This document shows positions 26,246-36,585 of a DNA stretch of 64,000 bases, one piece after another. The translations under genes were made by a program, and so were the position numbers. The notes beneath the pieces are model-generated. The model saw only the letters and a list, made by a program, of their open reading frames with translations, had not been told where the DNA came from and searched no databases. Origin of the DNA: Eledone cirrhosa (taxonomy: Eukaryota); NCBI GenBank assembly GCA_964016885.1, contig OZ024742.1:286006001-286070000 (forward strand), in the 5' to 3' direction. The first letter of the stretch is position 1, and each line of letters opens with the position of its first letter.

Positions 26246-26441
26246 AATAATAATTGTTTCTACTTTTTGGCACAAGGCCAGCAATTACTCAGTACATTAC
26301 TGGTACTTTATTTTATCGACCCCCTAAGGATGGAAGGCAAAGTTAACCTCGGCGGGATTTGAACTCAGAATGGCAAGGGCCGTAACTCTATGCGTCAAAG
26401 CATGGCGTCCGACCCTCTACCGATACTGCCAATTCACCGCC
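26246..26441 (-). mobile_element. Full-length SINE S1 with probable TSD
   Basis: Head to tail intact; agtcttttaataataat occurs at about 26238-26254 and again at about 26450-26466. Confidence 0.85.
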
Positions 26442-26468
26442 TAATTCACAGTCTTTTAATAATAATGG

Positions 26469-26851
26469 TGTGATATATATTTCAATGGCGACAGTGGCCA
26501 CACTGTTCTGTGAGCCAGTATCGTGACATCATCAGACAGCTTGTTACATAATAAGGTTATATTTCCGAGGCAATCCAAATTGAATCGACATGGGAACGGA
26601 CGAAGTGTGTGCTTTTGGGTTCTTCTTCCGTTCCCCTGTGAGTACCAATTCACCCATACCGGTCTGCGCAGGCGCAGATCCGGAGGAAGTTGACCATTAG
26701 CTACCGCAGATTTCAACGAAATTCGCTTAGTCAGTTCCCCCTCTCAGCCAAACAATGACCCATTCAGGCTTATACCATAGTTTACTGCTACCCATCCCGT
26801 CTGTGGCAGTCAGCCGAAAGCCAGTGGGGATGGGAGGGTGTTAGTATTTAC
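26469..26851 (-). mobile_element. About 370-bp repeat (copy 1) with HHR motif at 26469-26538
   Basis: Direct repeat of 27731-28102; minus strand TGT-CTGATGA-long stem II-GAAA-TATATA-TC-ACA. Confidence 0.65.
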
Positions 26852-27650
26852 AGGTCTCAATACTACCTCTCACCAAGCATGGACAGTACAACTGACCATC
26901 AACCCCTAAGAGAAAATATACTTAATTCTAGGTATCATGGTTTCACATTGGAAGTTATGAGTGAGAGTTGGAAATAAAAATAAAAATTTAAAATCGAAAA
27001 TCCTAAATCAAATATCAGAAATTATAAATAAAAAAATTAACAATTAGAAATTAAAAAATGTTTCAAGTGAGAATCCAGATTGAGGTGAGTAAAAAAATAT
27101 ATAGATTGAAGTGAGTAAATAATATGCAGAGAGATGTTTAAGTAAGAAGTTCTGAAAGGGGTACTTATGTCACAGTTACACTATCCACATACTGAACGAT
27201 CGTACCGTGCAGTAGAACGGAGGGTAAACTACAGTATGAAAGGCAGTAGTCAATCGGGTACATATTCATAATTTCCATCACATGGAACAAAACCCCCCAA
27301 AAACAGATATAAAGTACACAAAAGAAAAGAAAAGAACCAATAATGAATAAATACAAAAACACATAGAGTACATATATGCAAAATGATCCATATGATTGTC
27401 AATTTGTCAATGTATAGATTGAATTAAGGGGGCTTCTGTTCAAATGCGATTTGGTGCAGGAAAATAGGGGTTTATCTTTGTTTTTGTTTCCGCGTATTTA
27501 TCCTGCCGAAAGTTATTATTATGTCCGTCCAGTGTCAGGGGTTTCCACCCCCATGGTAGAGGGAATTTCCGGGTGTAGCTCGTGGTTGGTTCCTCTCTTC
27601 TCCACCATATCGGTTACACCATAGAGCGCTCAACTAATTGGAGCTAAATT

Positions 27651-28232
27651 CTTAGGGTAAATATTGATGCAATTCAATTCAAGCACTCAACGTACTTATT
27701 CCACATAGGAGTGACGGAGTAAATATCGATATTTCCATGGCGACAGTGGCCACACTGTTCTGTGTGCCAGTGTCGCGACATCGTCAGACAGCTTGTTACA
27801 TAATAAGGTTATGTTTCCGAGGCAATCCAAATTGAATCGACATGGGAATGGACGAAGTGTGTGCTTTTGGGTTCTTTTTCCGTTCCCTGTGAGTACCAAT
27901 TCACCCCCACTGGTCTGCGCAGGCGTAGGTCCGGAGGAAGTTGACCATTAGCTACCGCAGATTTCAACGAAATTCGCTTAGTCAGTTCCCTCTCTCAGCC
28001 AAACAATGACCCATTCAGGCTTATACCATAGTTTACTGCTACCCATCCCATCTGTGGCAGTCAGCCGAAAGCCAGAGGGGATGGGAGGGTGTTGGTATTT
28101 ACCCTCCCATCCCCTCAGACTTGAACATCTGAAACTACTTCGCTTTTCCTTATTCGATATTTACTCCGTCATTTCTATGTGGAATAAGTACGTTAAGTGC
28201 TTGAATCGAATTGCATCAATATTTACCCTAAG
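27651..28232 (-). mobile_element. About 370-bp repeat (copy 2) with HHR core and inverted duplicated tail
   Basis: Minus strand CTGACGA...GCGACA..TGGC..ACAC/GTGT..GCCA..TGTCGC...GAAA-TATCGATA-TT; 27651-27729 is inverted at about 28155-28232. Confidence 0.65.
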
Positions 28233-28748
28233 TATATATATATATATATTAATTTCAAGAACGTCAGTATTCCGTGTGTCATAATTCTCGATTATCATTG
28301 GTTCATAAGTTTCAAACGACTCCACCCACCTCAACGACGCCAAACTTAAATTAATACGTATAATGCCAATGAGGGAGTGAGAGAGGAGAGTAAGAAACAG
28401 AGAGGCAAAGTGAACGCTGTAACTATTACCATGTGTGCGTGTGTATGTAGGTGCGCGTATGTTTATGTGTGTGTGCGAGCGTGCAGCGTTCCACAGAAAG
28501 TAAAAACTATCAACATGTGTGACTGTGTAAGTGTGTGTAAGTGCACGGGTGCGTGTGTAAGTTTGCGTGCGTGTGCGCGTTTCCATGCGTGTATGTACGT
28601 GGGGCGTTCCACAATCCCCACGCAGTTTATTTGTCTGTTTGCCTGTCTGTCAGTCTAACATACACAGAGTTGTGAAGAGAGTAAATAGGGACCTTTTTTT
28701 ACATTGACAGACATCTTTTATATTTATTATTGAGTCATTGTTTGACAA

Positions 28749-29006
28749 TTGCTCGAAATGAATACTGATAATAAAAGCAATTCGACTTTATCAAACAGTG
28801 AACTACAGCGGCGACGGCGTGCAGCCAGGAATGAAGAAAAACGGGCCGAACAGCGCCATCGGAACGCCGAACTTCAGAGGCGAGGACGTGCTGCCATAAA
28901 TGAAGAGGAGCTGGCTGAACAACGCCAACGAAACACTGGAGCCAAGCAGCGACGGCGTGCTGCGATGGTTGAAGACGAACTGGCTGAGCATCATCTTTTA
29001 TATTAA
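28749..29006 (+). pseudogene. Helitron Rep/Hel N-terminal STPR-like repeat remnant
   Basis: About 23-aa repeats NxELQRRRRAAxNEEExAEQRxR, adjacent to a Helitron 3' fragment. Confidence 0.45.
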
Positions 29007-29009
29007 TTA

Positions 29010-29369
29010 TCTATATCTATATCTACATATAATATAAAAGATCGGAACTTCCATCATCCTTTTGAGAAACGTGGAACAAGCACGTCTATGCAATGATACA
29101 CGTTTTACAGTTAGGCAGAAGATGAACCATCTCCTAGAGGTCACTATTCTAGGTGGGAGCACCTAGAATTGTTCATATACTATGCACAAACGGTACAACA
29201 AAGAATCTGGTATATCTGGAAGATTTCTTTTTACTGTTTTCTGTATCACACAGACACCACGGACTCGCCTCATACTGTAACCAGACAAACACCCAATACA
29301 GTCATTTTCTCTTTTACCTGTCTTCTCTTATCATCTGTCTACTCGGGCGAAGCTAGGTACGTCAGCTAG
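29010..29369 (+). mobile_element. Non-autonomous Helitron
   Basis: 5' tctatatcta...ataaaa; frameshifted helicase end SRVGAP..LF...GTTKNLVYLE; 3' hairpin-like cgggcgaagctagg then CTAG followed by T. Confidence 0.7.
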
Positions 29370-29671
29370 TATATATATATATACTGAGTTAGAAACTCAA
29401 AATAGTCTCTTACAATTAAATACCTCTAAGGAAAAAGCTTTTTGGAGCCGTGTAATAAAATTTGTCAGCATTTTCTTTTCCTTTTACTAATATATATATA
29501 TATATACAGGATGACTCCAAAATGTATACACATTTCAACAGCATCGTAGTGTGTATACACTTTTTTGGTAAAACCTATATATATAATAAATTCTTTAATT
29601 GTATATTTTCATCATAAGGGTTAAATACATCACCTTAGTGATAATCTAACGTTGTCTAAGAAGATATTTCA

Positions 29672-29717
<46 letters not shown>

Positions 29718-29744
29718 CACGTATGTGCGCACACGATCATATTT

Positions 29745-30355
29745 AAAGGGGGTGGGGAGTCGATTAAATCGACCCCAATACGTTACAGGTACTTTATTTT
29801 ATCGACCCCGTAAGGATGTAAGGTAAAGCTAACCGTGGCGGGATTTGAATTCAGAACGTAATGGGCCGTAACTCTATGCCACGAAGCAATGATAATAATG
29901 ATGATTTATACTATAGGCACAATGCCAACATTTTTGGGGCAGAAGCAAGTCAATTAAATCGACCCCAGTGCATTACTGGTACTTTATTTTATCGACCCCA
30001 GTGCATTACTGGTACTTTATTTTATCGTCCCCCCGTGCATTACTGGTACTTTATTTTATCGAGCCCCGTGCATTACTGGTACTTTATTTTATAGACCCCC
30101 GTAAGGATGAAATGCAAAGCTAACCTCGGTGAGATTTGAACTCAGATCGTAAAGGGTCGTAACTTTATGCTGCGAAGCAATAATAATAATAATCGTTTCT
30201 ACTTTAGGGACAAGGCTAACAATTTTGTGGGAGAGGAAAGTCGATTAAATCGACCGCAGTGCACCACAGATATTTTATTTCATCGATCCCGTAAGAATGA
30301 AAGGCAAAGCTAACCTCGGCAGGATTTGAACTCAGAACGTAATGAGCCGCGAAGC
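29745..30355 (-). mobile_element. Three tandem S1 SINEs, one with an internal 4x ~33-bp duplication
   Basis: Each ends (plus strand) at cgaagc followed by (AAT)n; cgaccccagtgcattactggtactttattttat repeated at about 29960-30095. Confidence 0.85.
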
Positions 30356-30638
30356 AATAATAATAATAATAATAATAATGATTTCATTTATTGGCCACAA
30401 GGGCCGACATATAGGGGACAACACAATAGACAGGGACAGTGGGGGTTTACATAGAGATCGAGTAAGTATAAATAACAAAAAAACAAAAACAAAATAACAA
30501 TAAAAATACAACAATGAAAGTTCCCCAATAAGAGGGATCACCACCCAGGGTTGACTCAAGCACCCCACCAGTCCTGAGCCACCCGACGCTCCTAGGGCAC
30601 CCGGGAAGGGCACCCCTCTCCTTCTCGAATTCACCAGC

Positions 30639-33600
30639 CTACAGGCGCATGATCAGAGTAGGCCCACTCACGCGGGCCATTCTCGCCACATTCACCCACC
30701 TTTCAGTAAATGTACTGGGGGGCAGCACTTCTCTCTCCACCCTCACCTTCCTTTCCAAGTGAAACTTGAAGAAGTTGATGAGGGATTGGCCGAAGAGAAA
30801 AGTGTCTGTCTTCAGTCCTTTCAACCTGGTCCACCATGCAACCTCTTTCGCTACTGCCACCAGGCAGAGGAAAATTGCCTGCCCTTCCTGACCAAAAGAA
30901 GGCGGCGGGTCAATCTTCACTATGGACTCGGACGATAGCCGGATCCGTTCTACACGCGACAATAGCTGTTCGACATAACCCCACAAGTCAGCAATGCACG
31001 GACACTGGACGAGTGCGTGCAGAACGGTTTCGTCGCTCTGCGCGCATCTCGGGCAGGTTCGTCTGACAGCACTTCCGTGCCTGTAGAGTTTATCCCGAAC
31101 CGGCAGCGCCACCCGGTAGCACTGCCAAGCGAGGGATTTCTGGAAGTTATCCATCGTCCCCGGCTCGAAAGTCCTCCGGAACATACTGGTCAGTTCTACT
31201 TCGTTGACGCCCAGAGCCTCTCCTAGTACGTCATCGCACTTGCCCTCCACTAATCCTCTATAGAAATCTTGAGTGGAAGTTCCACTGACCGCATTGCCCA
31301 CCTTGCAGAGTGCAGTGAGCGCCTGGCAACATTCCAGATGCCAGTCGCCCAGTCTCGGTCTCTTCTTGACCCAGGACTGCAGCTCAGTCAAAGAGATGAG
31401 CTGCGGAAAGGCCCGTCTAACAAACGGCGACCACACCTGTTCACCGTTTAGGCAAAATATCTGGAGATGTCGCAGCCTCAGCGCATGTCTGCGCATCATT
31501 AGCCACGGCATGCCCAGCCCTCCACGAAGAGGGTGCTGGCAGCAGATGGACCGCCTCACCAACGGGACCCGTCCCCTCCACAAAAATTTGAAAAGGAGCC
31601 GTTCCAAATTGGCGAGGCGTGGACGGGGGCAAGGCACGACGGTCAGGCGGTAGTAGATGACGGACGCGATGTACGCGTTCGCCACCTCCGCCCGCCCTTT
31701 CAGTGATAGCTTTCTCTCAGCCCATTTCTGGGTGAGGTTGGCTATCCTGCTCGTCACCTCGTCCCAATTCTTATCCACCTGGAGGTCTGGTCCGAACCAA
31801 ACCCCGAGCAACTTTACCGGTCCGTCTGTCCAGCGCCCAACGACGCTGTTGGACGGCATGGACTTGCCTCTCCAGGTGCCGAGCTGCAAGCCCACCGACT
31901 TTTCCGGGTTAAGTTTTGCTCCCGTCAACCTTTCATATTCCTCCAAATGGGTGCGGATCACCTCGATTTCCGAGGTGTCCGACACCATCACGGTGATGTC
32001 GTCCGCATAAGCGGACGCAGCCTTTCTACGTCCCAGTTCGAGCGGGATGCCCTGCAACAACTCCAGCTTCCGCAGTAGAGGCTCAAGAGTCAATACGTAC
32101 AGAAGTGAGGAGAGAGGGCACCCTTGACAGACCGATCGAGAGATCTGAAACGGTTCCGAGAGGTGGCCATTAACTTTGACCACCGAGCAGATGCCGCTGT
32201 ACATTGCAGCGATCCAGCTTCTGAAGACGGGGCCGAAGCCAGCCGCCTCGAGGACAGCCTCCAAGTACCGATGGTCGACCCTATCGAATGCTTTCGATTG
32301 ATCTAAATTGATCAGAGCCCCACCGAAGCCAGGTTTGCACCCAACCCTCTCTATGATGTATCGCATGAGGTGGAGGTTGTCGTGTATGGACCTGGTCGGG
32401 ATTGCGCAAGTTTGCGCCTCCCCAACCAAATCTTTGACGACAAGCGCCAACCTTTTCGCTAACACCTTGGCCAAAATCTTAAACTCTGTGTTGAGCAGGG
32501 TTATGGGCCTGAAATTATCTAGTGTGTCCCTCTTGTTCTCGTCTTTCCTTATCAGCGTCACTACGCCACGGCTCACAGAACTGGGAATGCTCCCGTTCTG
32601 CTGCCAGTTGCAGTAGAGCGCTTCGAGGAGATCGGAGAACAAGTCTGGCATATTTACGTAAAGCTCGTAGGGCAGACCATCCAAACCGGGTGACTTGCGA
32701 CTCGAGCAGCCGACAAGGGCGTCCTGAATTTCGACTGATGTTATCGGCTCTTCGCAGCGCTCAGCGTCGGCCGTCGAGAGGCGTGGCAAGCCGTCGAGGT
32801 AGGGACTGAAGTCCGCCGCCGTCTCCGACTCACCCATCCTCCCGAACAATCGAGCAAAGTGCTGGCGAAAGGCCTCACACATCTGCTTGGAATCGCTCAG
32901 TTCGTGTCCATCTCGATCCGTCAAAGACCGAATTGTGGTTTTATTTCCACGCTGCGTCTCTGCAAAGCGAGCCCATCGGGCAGCTTTGGTTCCCTCGTTC
33001 CTCAGAGCACGCGCCTTAGCTCTGACAATGCAACCTTCGTGTTTCGCATTGAAGAAATGGTCTAGTGCCATTCTCGCCGCTAGCACGTCTGTTGCAATGC
33101 CACTACAAATAGCCTCGTCTAACTTAGCTATCAGCCCCTCCTCCTTTCTATTTTTCTCTATTGCTACTTCTTTGCTAAATCCTATCGAGGTTGCTCTAAT
33201 CTCTCTTTTGAGTGCCCCCCCACCACCTGTTGTTGACAACCCCCCCTGTCAACTTTTGCTTAACTAAGTTGTTGACCCGGTCCCTGTAAGCTTTACGTGC
33301 CGGAAACGACATGTTTAGCTTCCAGTAGCTAGGTCCTAACCTACGTGTCTTATCTAGGTCGACCATACAGATCACAAGCTTGTGATCTGAATAGGCAACC
33401 GTTTTAAAATGTGGACATCCTACACTATTTCTATCTCTTTTCCTAATGAAAATCCTATCTATGTACGATCTAGATGACCCTATGCGATTGGTCCAGGTCC
33501 ATACTGGCGCATTAGGGAAATCTAGTCGGTACCTGTCAGACAGTTGAAACTGGCTGATCAGGTACTTGAGGCTTTTGCACCCCCCGCTCCTATCAGATAC

Positions 33601-34059
33601 TCCCACACAATCCCAGCGTGCTTCTAAGATGCCATTCCAATCCCCTATTAACAGTAAAGGGCGAGACGTAAGCAGAAAGTTTTCCAGGCGCCTAAAGAAG
33701 TCCGGCCGACCGGCCCCAGTAGGGGCGTAGACGGCCACCAGTCTAAAGGCACCACCTTCGCTATTGCTCACGTCCAGGACCACCAACTTTCCGTCAGGAT
33801 CCCGGAAGATTGACCTTACCTCGAGATCCAGACATTTCCTAAACAGCACAGCCACTCCACCTCCCATTCCCGGCCGACTAACAGATGCAAAGATCTGATA
33901 ATCGTCGAAAATCGGCGCCAGTGCGCGTGTGTCGGAAATTCTGGTCTCGCTGATGGCAATTACATCCATTCCTAGTGACCTGAGGTCGTTGAGCAAGTGA
34001 CCTTGCTTCCAGGGCGACCCCAGGCCACGAACATTTAAACTTCCTACTCTTATGGCCAT
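30639..34059 (-). CDS. Tx1 element A ORF2 (APE endonuclease - RT - CCHC), split by a +1 frameshift
   Basis: SLNVRGL, ISET, GDWN, SDHK; FRPITLLN, LDQSKAFDRV, QGCPLS, YADD; CPRC...HALVQC. Removing one C from the C7 run at 33215-33221 fuses ORFs 33196-34059 and 30639-33239 as WWGALKREIR. Confidence 0.9.
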
Positions 34060-34088
34060 GCTGGCAGGATGAATGGGAGAGGAAAGGT

Positions 34089-35999
34089 TTACTTACCTTC
34101 CGGGGTCTTGTGAAGGTCGGGTGGTTCGACCTCCATGGTTTGTGGGGTTTCTTTTGGGAACCCCTTTAATAGTCTTGACGTGGGTTTTACGTTCGGGGTT
34201 CCCACATCCCGAGGAAAGCTCTTTCGAATTTCTTTGTATGAAGCGAGCGACATTCGCATCAGAAGCAAATTATCTGGTACGCGAAATGTGCTCGCTTCAA
34301 ATGTTTCCCCGTCTTTTTCGATGTTTGTGCTTCGTGCTACATGGGCCATCAATTCCTTGTTGGCCCTTCTGGCAAGCACGAAGTTTTTAATGTTTTGTTG
34401 CTCGGGTTTTATTTGTTCGTGTGATTGTGGTGGTGATAGCTTTGTTAGTGTTGTTTCTATTGTGTCTGCGTTTGTTGTGGGTGGGGTGTCTGTAGTTTCT
34501 GATGTTTGTGTGTCTATTTGTTCTTGTGTCTGTTTAGCTTGTTTGCGTTTGGGGGATTTTGGTGGTTGTGTTGGTGATGCTGTGGGGAAAATGTTTGTGT
34601 GGGTGGTGTGTGTATTTTTTTTTGTGGGGGTGTTTGTGCTTTGTGGATTTCTTTTTTTTTTGTGTTTTGTTTTTTGTATTTTGGGGGACTTTGGTTTTCC
34701 CTCATCTTCACTGCTGGAGGATGAGGGGTCTGTGGCTGTGAGCGTGTTTGTGTCTGAGTGAGTGTTTATGTTCTTGTCCGTGTGTGTATTTTGGGGGGGA
34801 GGGGGAATGGGAGAGCTTTCCTCGTTTCCCCCCTGGGTGTGCAATTTTGGTGGTTCCATTGTTGACGGTGTTGCTGGTGGTCCTTGTCCCGGCGTCGCCA
34901 GCAGTGGAATCTTTCGACCCCTTGCGCTTTTCGGCAGTTGAGGGCAGAAGGCTCGCAAGTGTGTCGTTTCCCCACAAAGGAAACAATGCGGCCTTTTGCC
35001 CTCAGTCATTATATGCAACACCCTCCCGTTTTGGAGGCGGATGTGGTCCGGGATTGCTTTTACGTTTTCGGGTCTGATTTGGAGCAGTATCTCCAGATCA
35101 ACCCCGGACCAGTCGTCCCTGGCAGTTCTCGTTGCCTCTACCGGGACTGTATCCGTTCCTTCCACGATTACGCAACCCAGGAGCCACCACATATCAAGTC
35201 CTGGTGGAATCCTGGGAATGCGCACACGTGCTATTCGTTTTCCCATGTGGGAGGGGTACATTATGACCTTGCTGGTTTTGCAAGGGGTCATTGAATGCTT
35301 CACAGCGAGGGCTTCAGACTTGAACAGCACCGAAACGGTGCCGTATTGCCTGCCCCTCTCTATGAAGTCTGTGTCCTCTCTGATGTATTTCAGTGCGGCT
35401 TCTATATCAGCTTGGGCGATTATCGCTGCCCTCTTTGTCTCTACTGAGATGCATCTGAAATGCACCGTTCTTTTTTCCACTGCCTCAATGGCTTCTGCCG
35501 GGACAGTTAAGTTTGCCCAGGTCTGCTCTTGATTTATGATTTTCCAGGCCTGGGCCAACTTTTCCTCTCTGTTGGTTAAGTCGATGCTGTAGCATGGTCT
35601 CCTTTTAGCCGCTGCCACAGCAGCGAAGGTGTTCTTGTTGGTGTTGTCACTGTTGTTGTTCTTGTTGGTGTTGCTGCTGCTATTGCTGTTGTTCTTCTCC
35701 CCTGTGTCGTGGTTACCCTCTGTGCTGTTGGCCTTGTTGGTGCTGTTGCTGTCGCTACTATTACTCTCTGTGCTGTTCGTTTTGTTGGTGCTCTCGCTAT
35801 TACCACCTTCTGCGCTGTTCGGCTTGTTGGTGTTGGTGTTGTCGCTGTTACCACCTTCCGCGCCGCTCGGCCCGTTGGTGGTGGCACTGTCGCTGCTCAC
35901 ACTCGTGCTGGTGGCGCTCCTCGCCTCACCTCTCCTCTCAACGCTCAAGTCGCCGTTGCACGACAGCAGACCCGCCTCTAGGGGGCGTGGCTCCGCCAT
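34089..35999 (-). CDS. Tx1 element A ORF1 (gag-like, zinc knuckle), 636 aa
   Basis: Open ORF; CFLCGETTHLRAFC fits CX2CX4HX4C; N/S-rich N-terminus; homologous to element B ORF1. Confidence 0.88.
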   Translation of the reverse strand: MAEPRPLEAGLLSCNGDLSVERRGEARSATSTSVSSDSATTNGPSGAEGGNSDNTNTNKPNSAEGGNSESTNKTNSTESNSSDSNSTNKANSTEGNHDTGEKNNSNSSSNTNKNNNSDNTNKNTFAAVAAAKRRPCYSIDLTNREEKLAQAWKIINQEQTWANLTVPAEAIEAVEKRTVHFRCISVETKRAAIIAQADIEAALKYIREDTDFIERGRQYGTVSVLFKSEALAVKHSMTPCKTSKVIMYPSHMGKRIARVRIPRIPPGLDMWWLLGCVIVEGTDTVPVEATRTARDDWSGVDLEILLQIRPENVKAIPDHIRLQNGRVLHIMTEGKRPHCFLCGETTHLRAFCPQLPKSARGRKIPLLATPGQGPPATPSTMEPPKLHTQGGNEESSPIPPPPQNTHTDKNINTHSDTNTLTATDPSSSSSEDEGKPKSPKIQKTKHKKKRNPQSTNTPTKKNTHTTHTNIFPTASPTQPPKSPKRKQAKQTQEQIDTQTSETTDTPPTTNADTIETTLTKLSPPQSHEQIKPEQQNIKNFVLARRANKELMAHVARSTNIEKDGETFEASTFRVPDNLLLMRMSLASYKEIRKSFPRDVGTPNVKPTSRLLKGFPKETPQTMEVEPPDLHKTPEGK

Positions 36000-36231
36000 G
36001 TTTTTTTGAGAAAAAAATTATTATTTTTTCCAAAATAAAGTTCAAATATTTGGGCCAAAAGGCCCAAATATTATGAGTTATTCCTTCACAGGATACAAAT
36101 GAATGTCTTATAATGCTTCAGCGGTACAAAAAATAAACAATTCTCTACAATTAATCCTCAAAAAATTGCTTACTCACGGAGCTTCAAAAAACGTACATCC
36201 ACTTTCGTCAATAATAATAATAATAATAATA

Positions 36232-36317
36232 ATGATTTCATTTATTGGCCACAAGGGCCGACATATAGGGGACAACACAATAGACAGGGACAGTGGGGGT
36301 TTACATAGAGATCGAGT
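36232..36317 (-). mobile_element. Short 5'-truncated copy of the element A 3' end
   Basis: Matches about 30378-30464; flanked by (AAT)n. Confidence 0.85.
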
Positions 36318-36585
36318 AATAATAATAATAATAATGATTTCTTTATTAACCACAAGGGTTTACATAAAGTAGACATTAAGGACAGTGCAGGACAATGCAG
36401 GACGGTACAAATGGGCATTTCTGCGTGTAAAAAACAAAAACAGAGGATGTAACAAAAAATAACAATGAAAAATTCCCCAATAGGGGGGAGACTTCGGAGG
36501 GACATTTGTGGAGAAAGCCCAGTAAAAAGCCACAATGACCCTGACCACCAAGGCAAGTGCCCTCTCCCAGTTTTCCACCTTTAAT

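Larger units (their letters stand above)
30378..36209 (-). mobile_element. Near full-length Tx1-clade non-LTR retrotransposon (element A)
   Basis: ORF1 + ORF2; 3' end cccttgtggccaataaatgaaatc(ATT)n; bounded by (AAT)n on both sides. Confidence 0.92.

Noticed and set aside
26790-26836. GC-rich hairpin containing GAAA as another ribozyme
   Set aside because: No CUGANGA core and no twister or HDV-like pseudoknot identifiable
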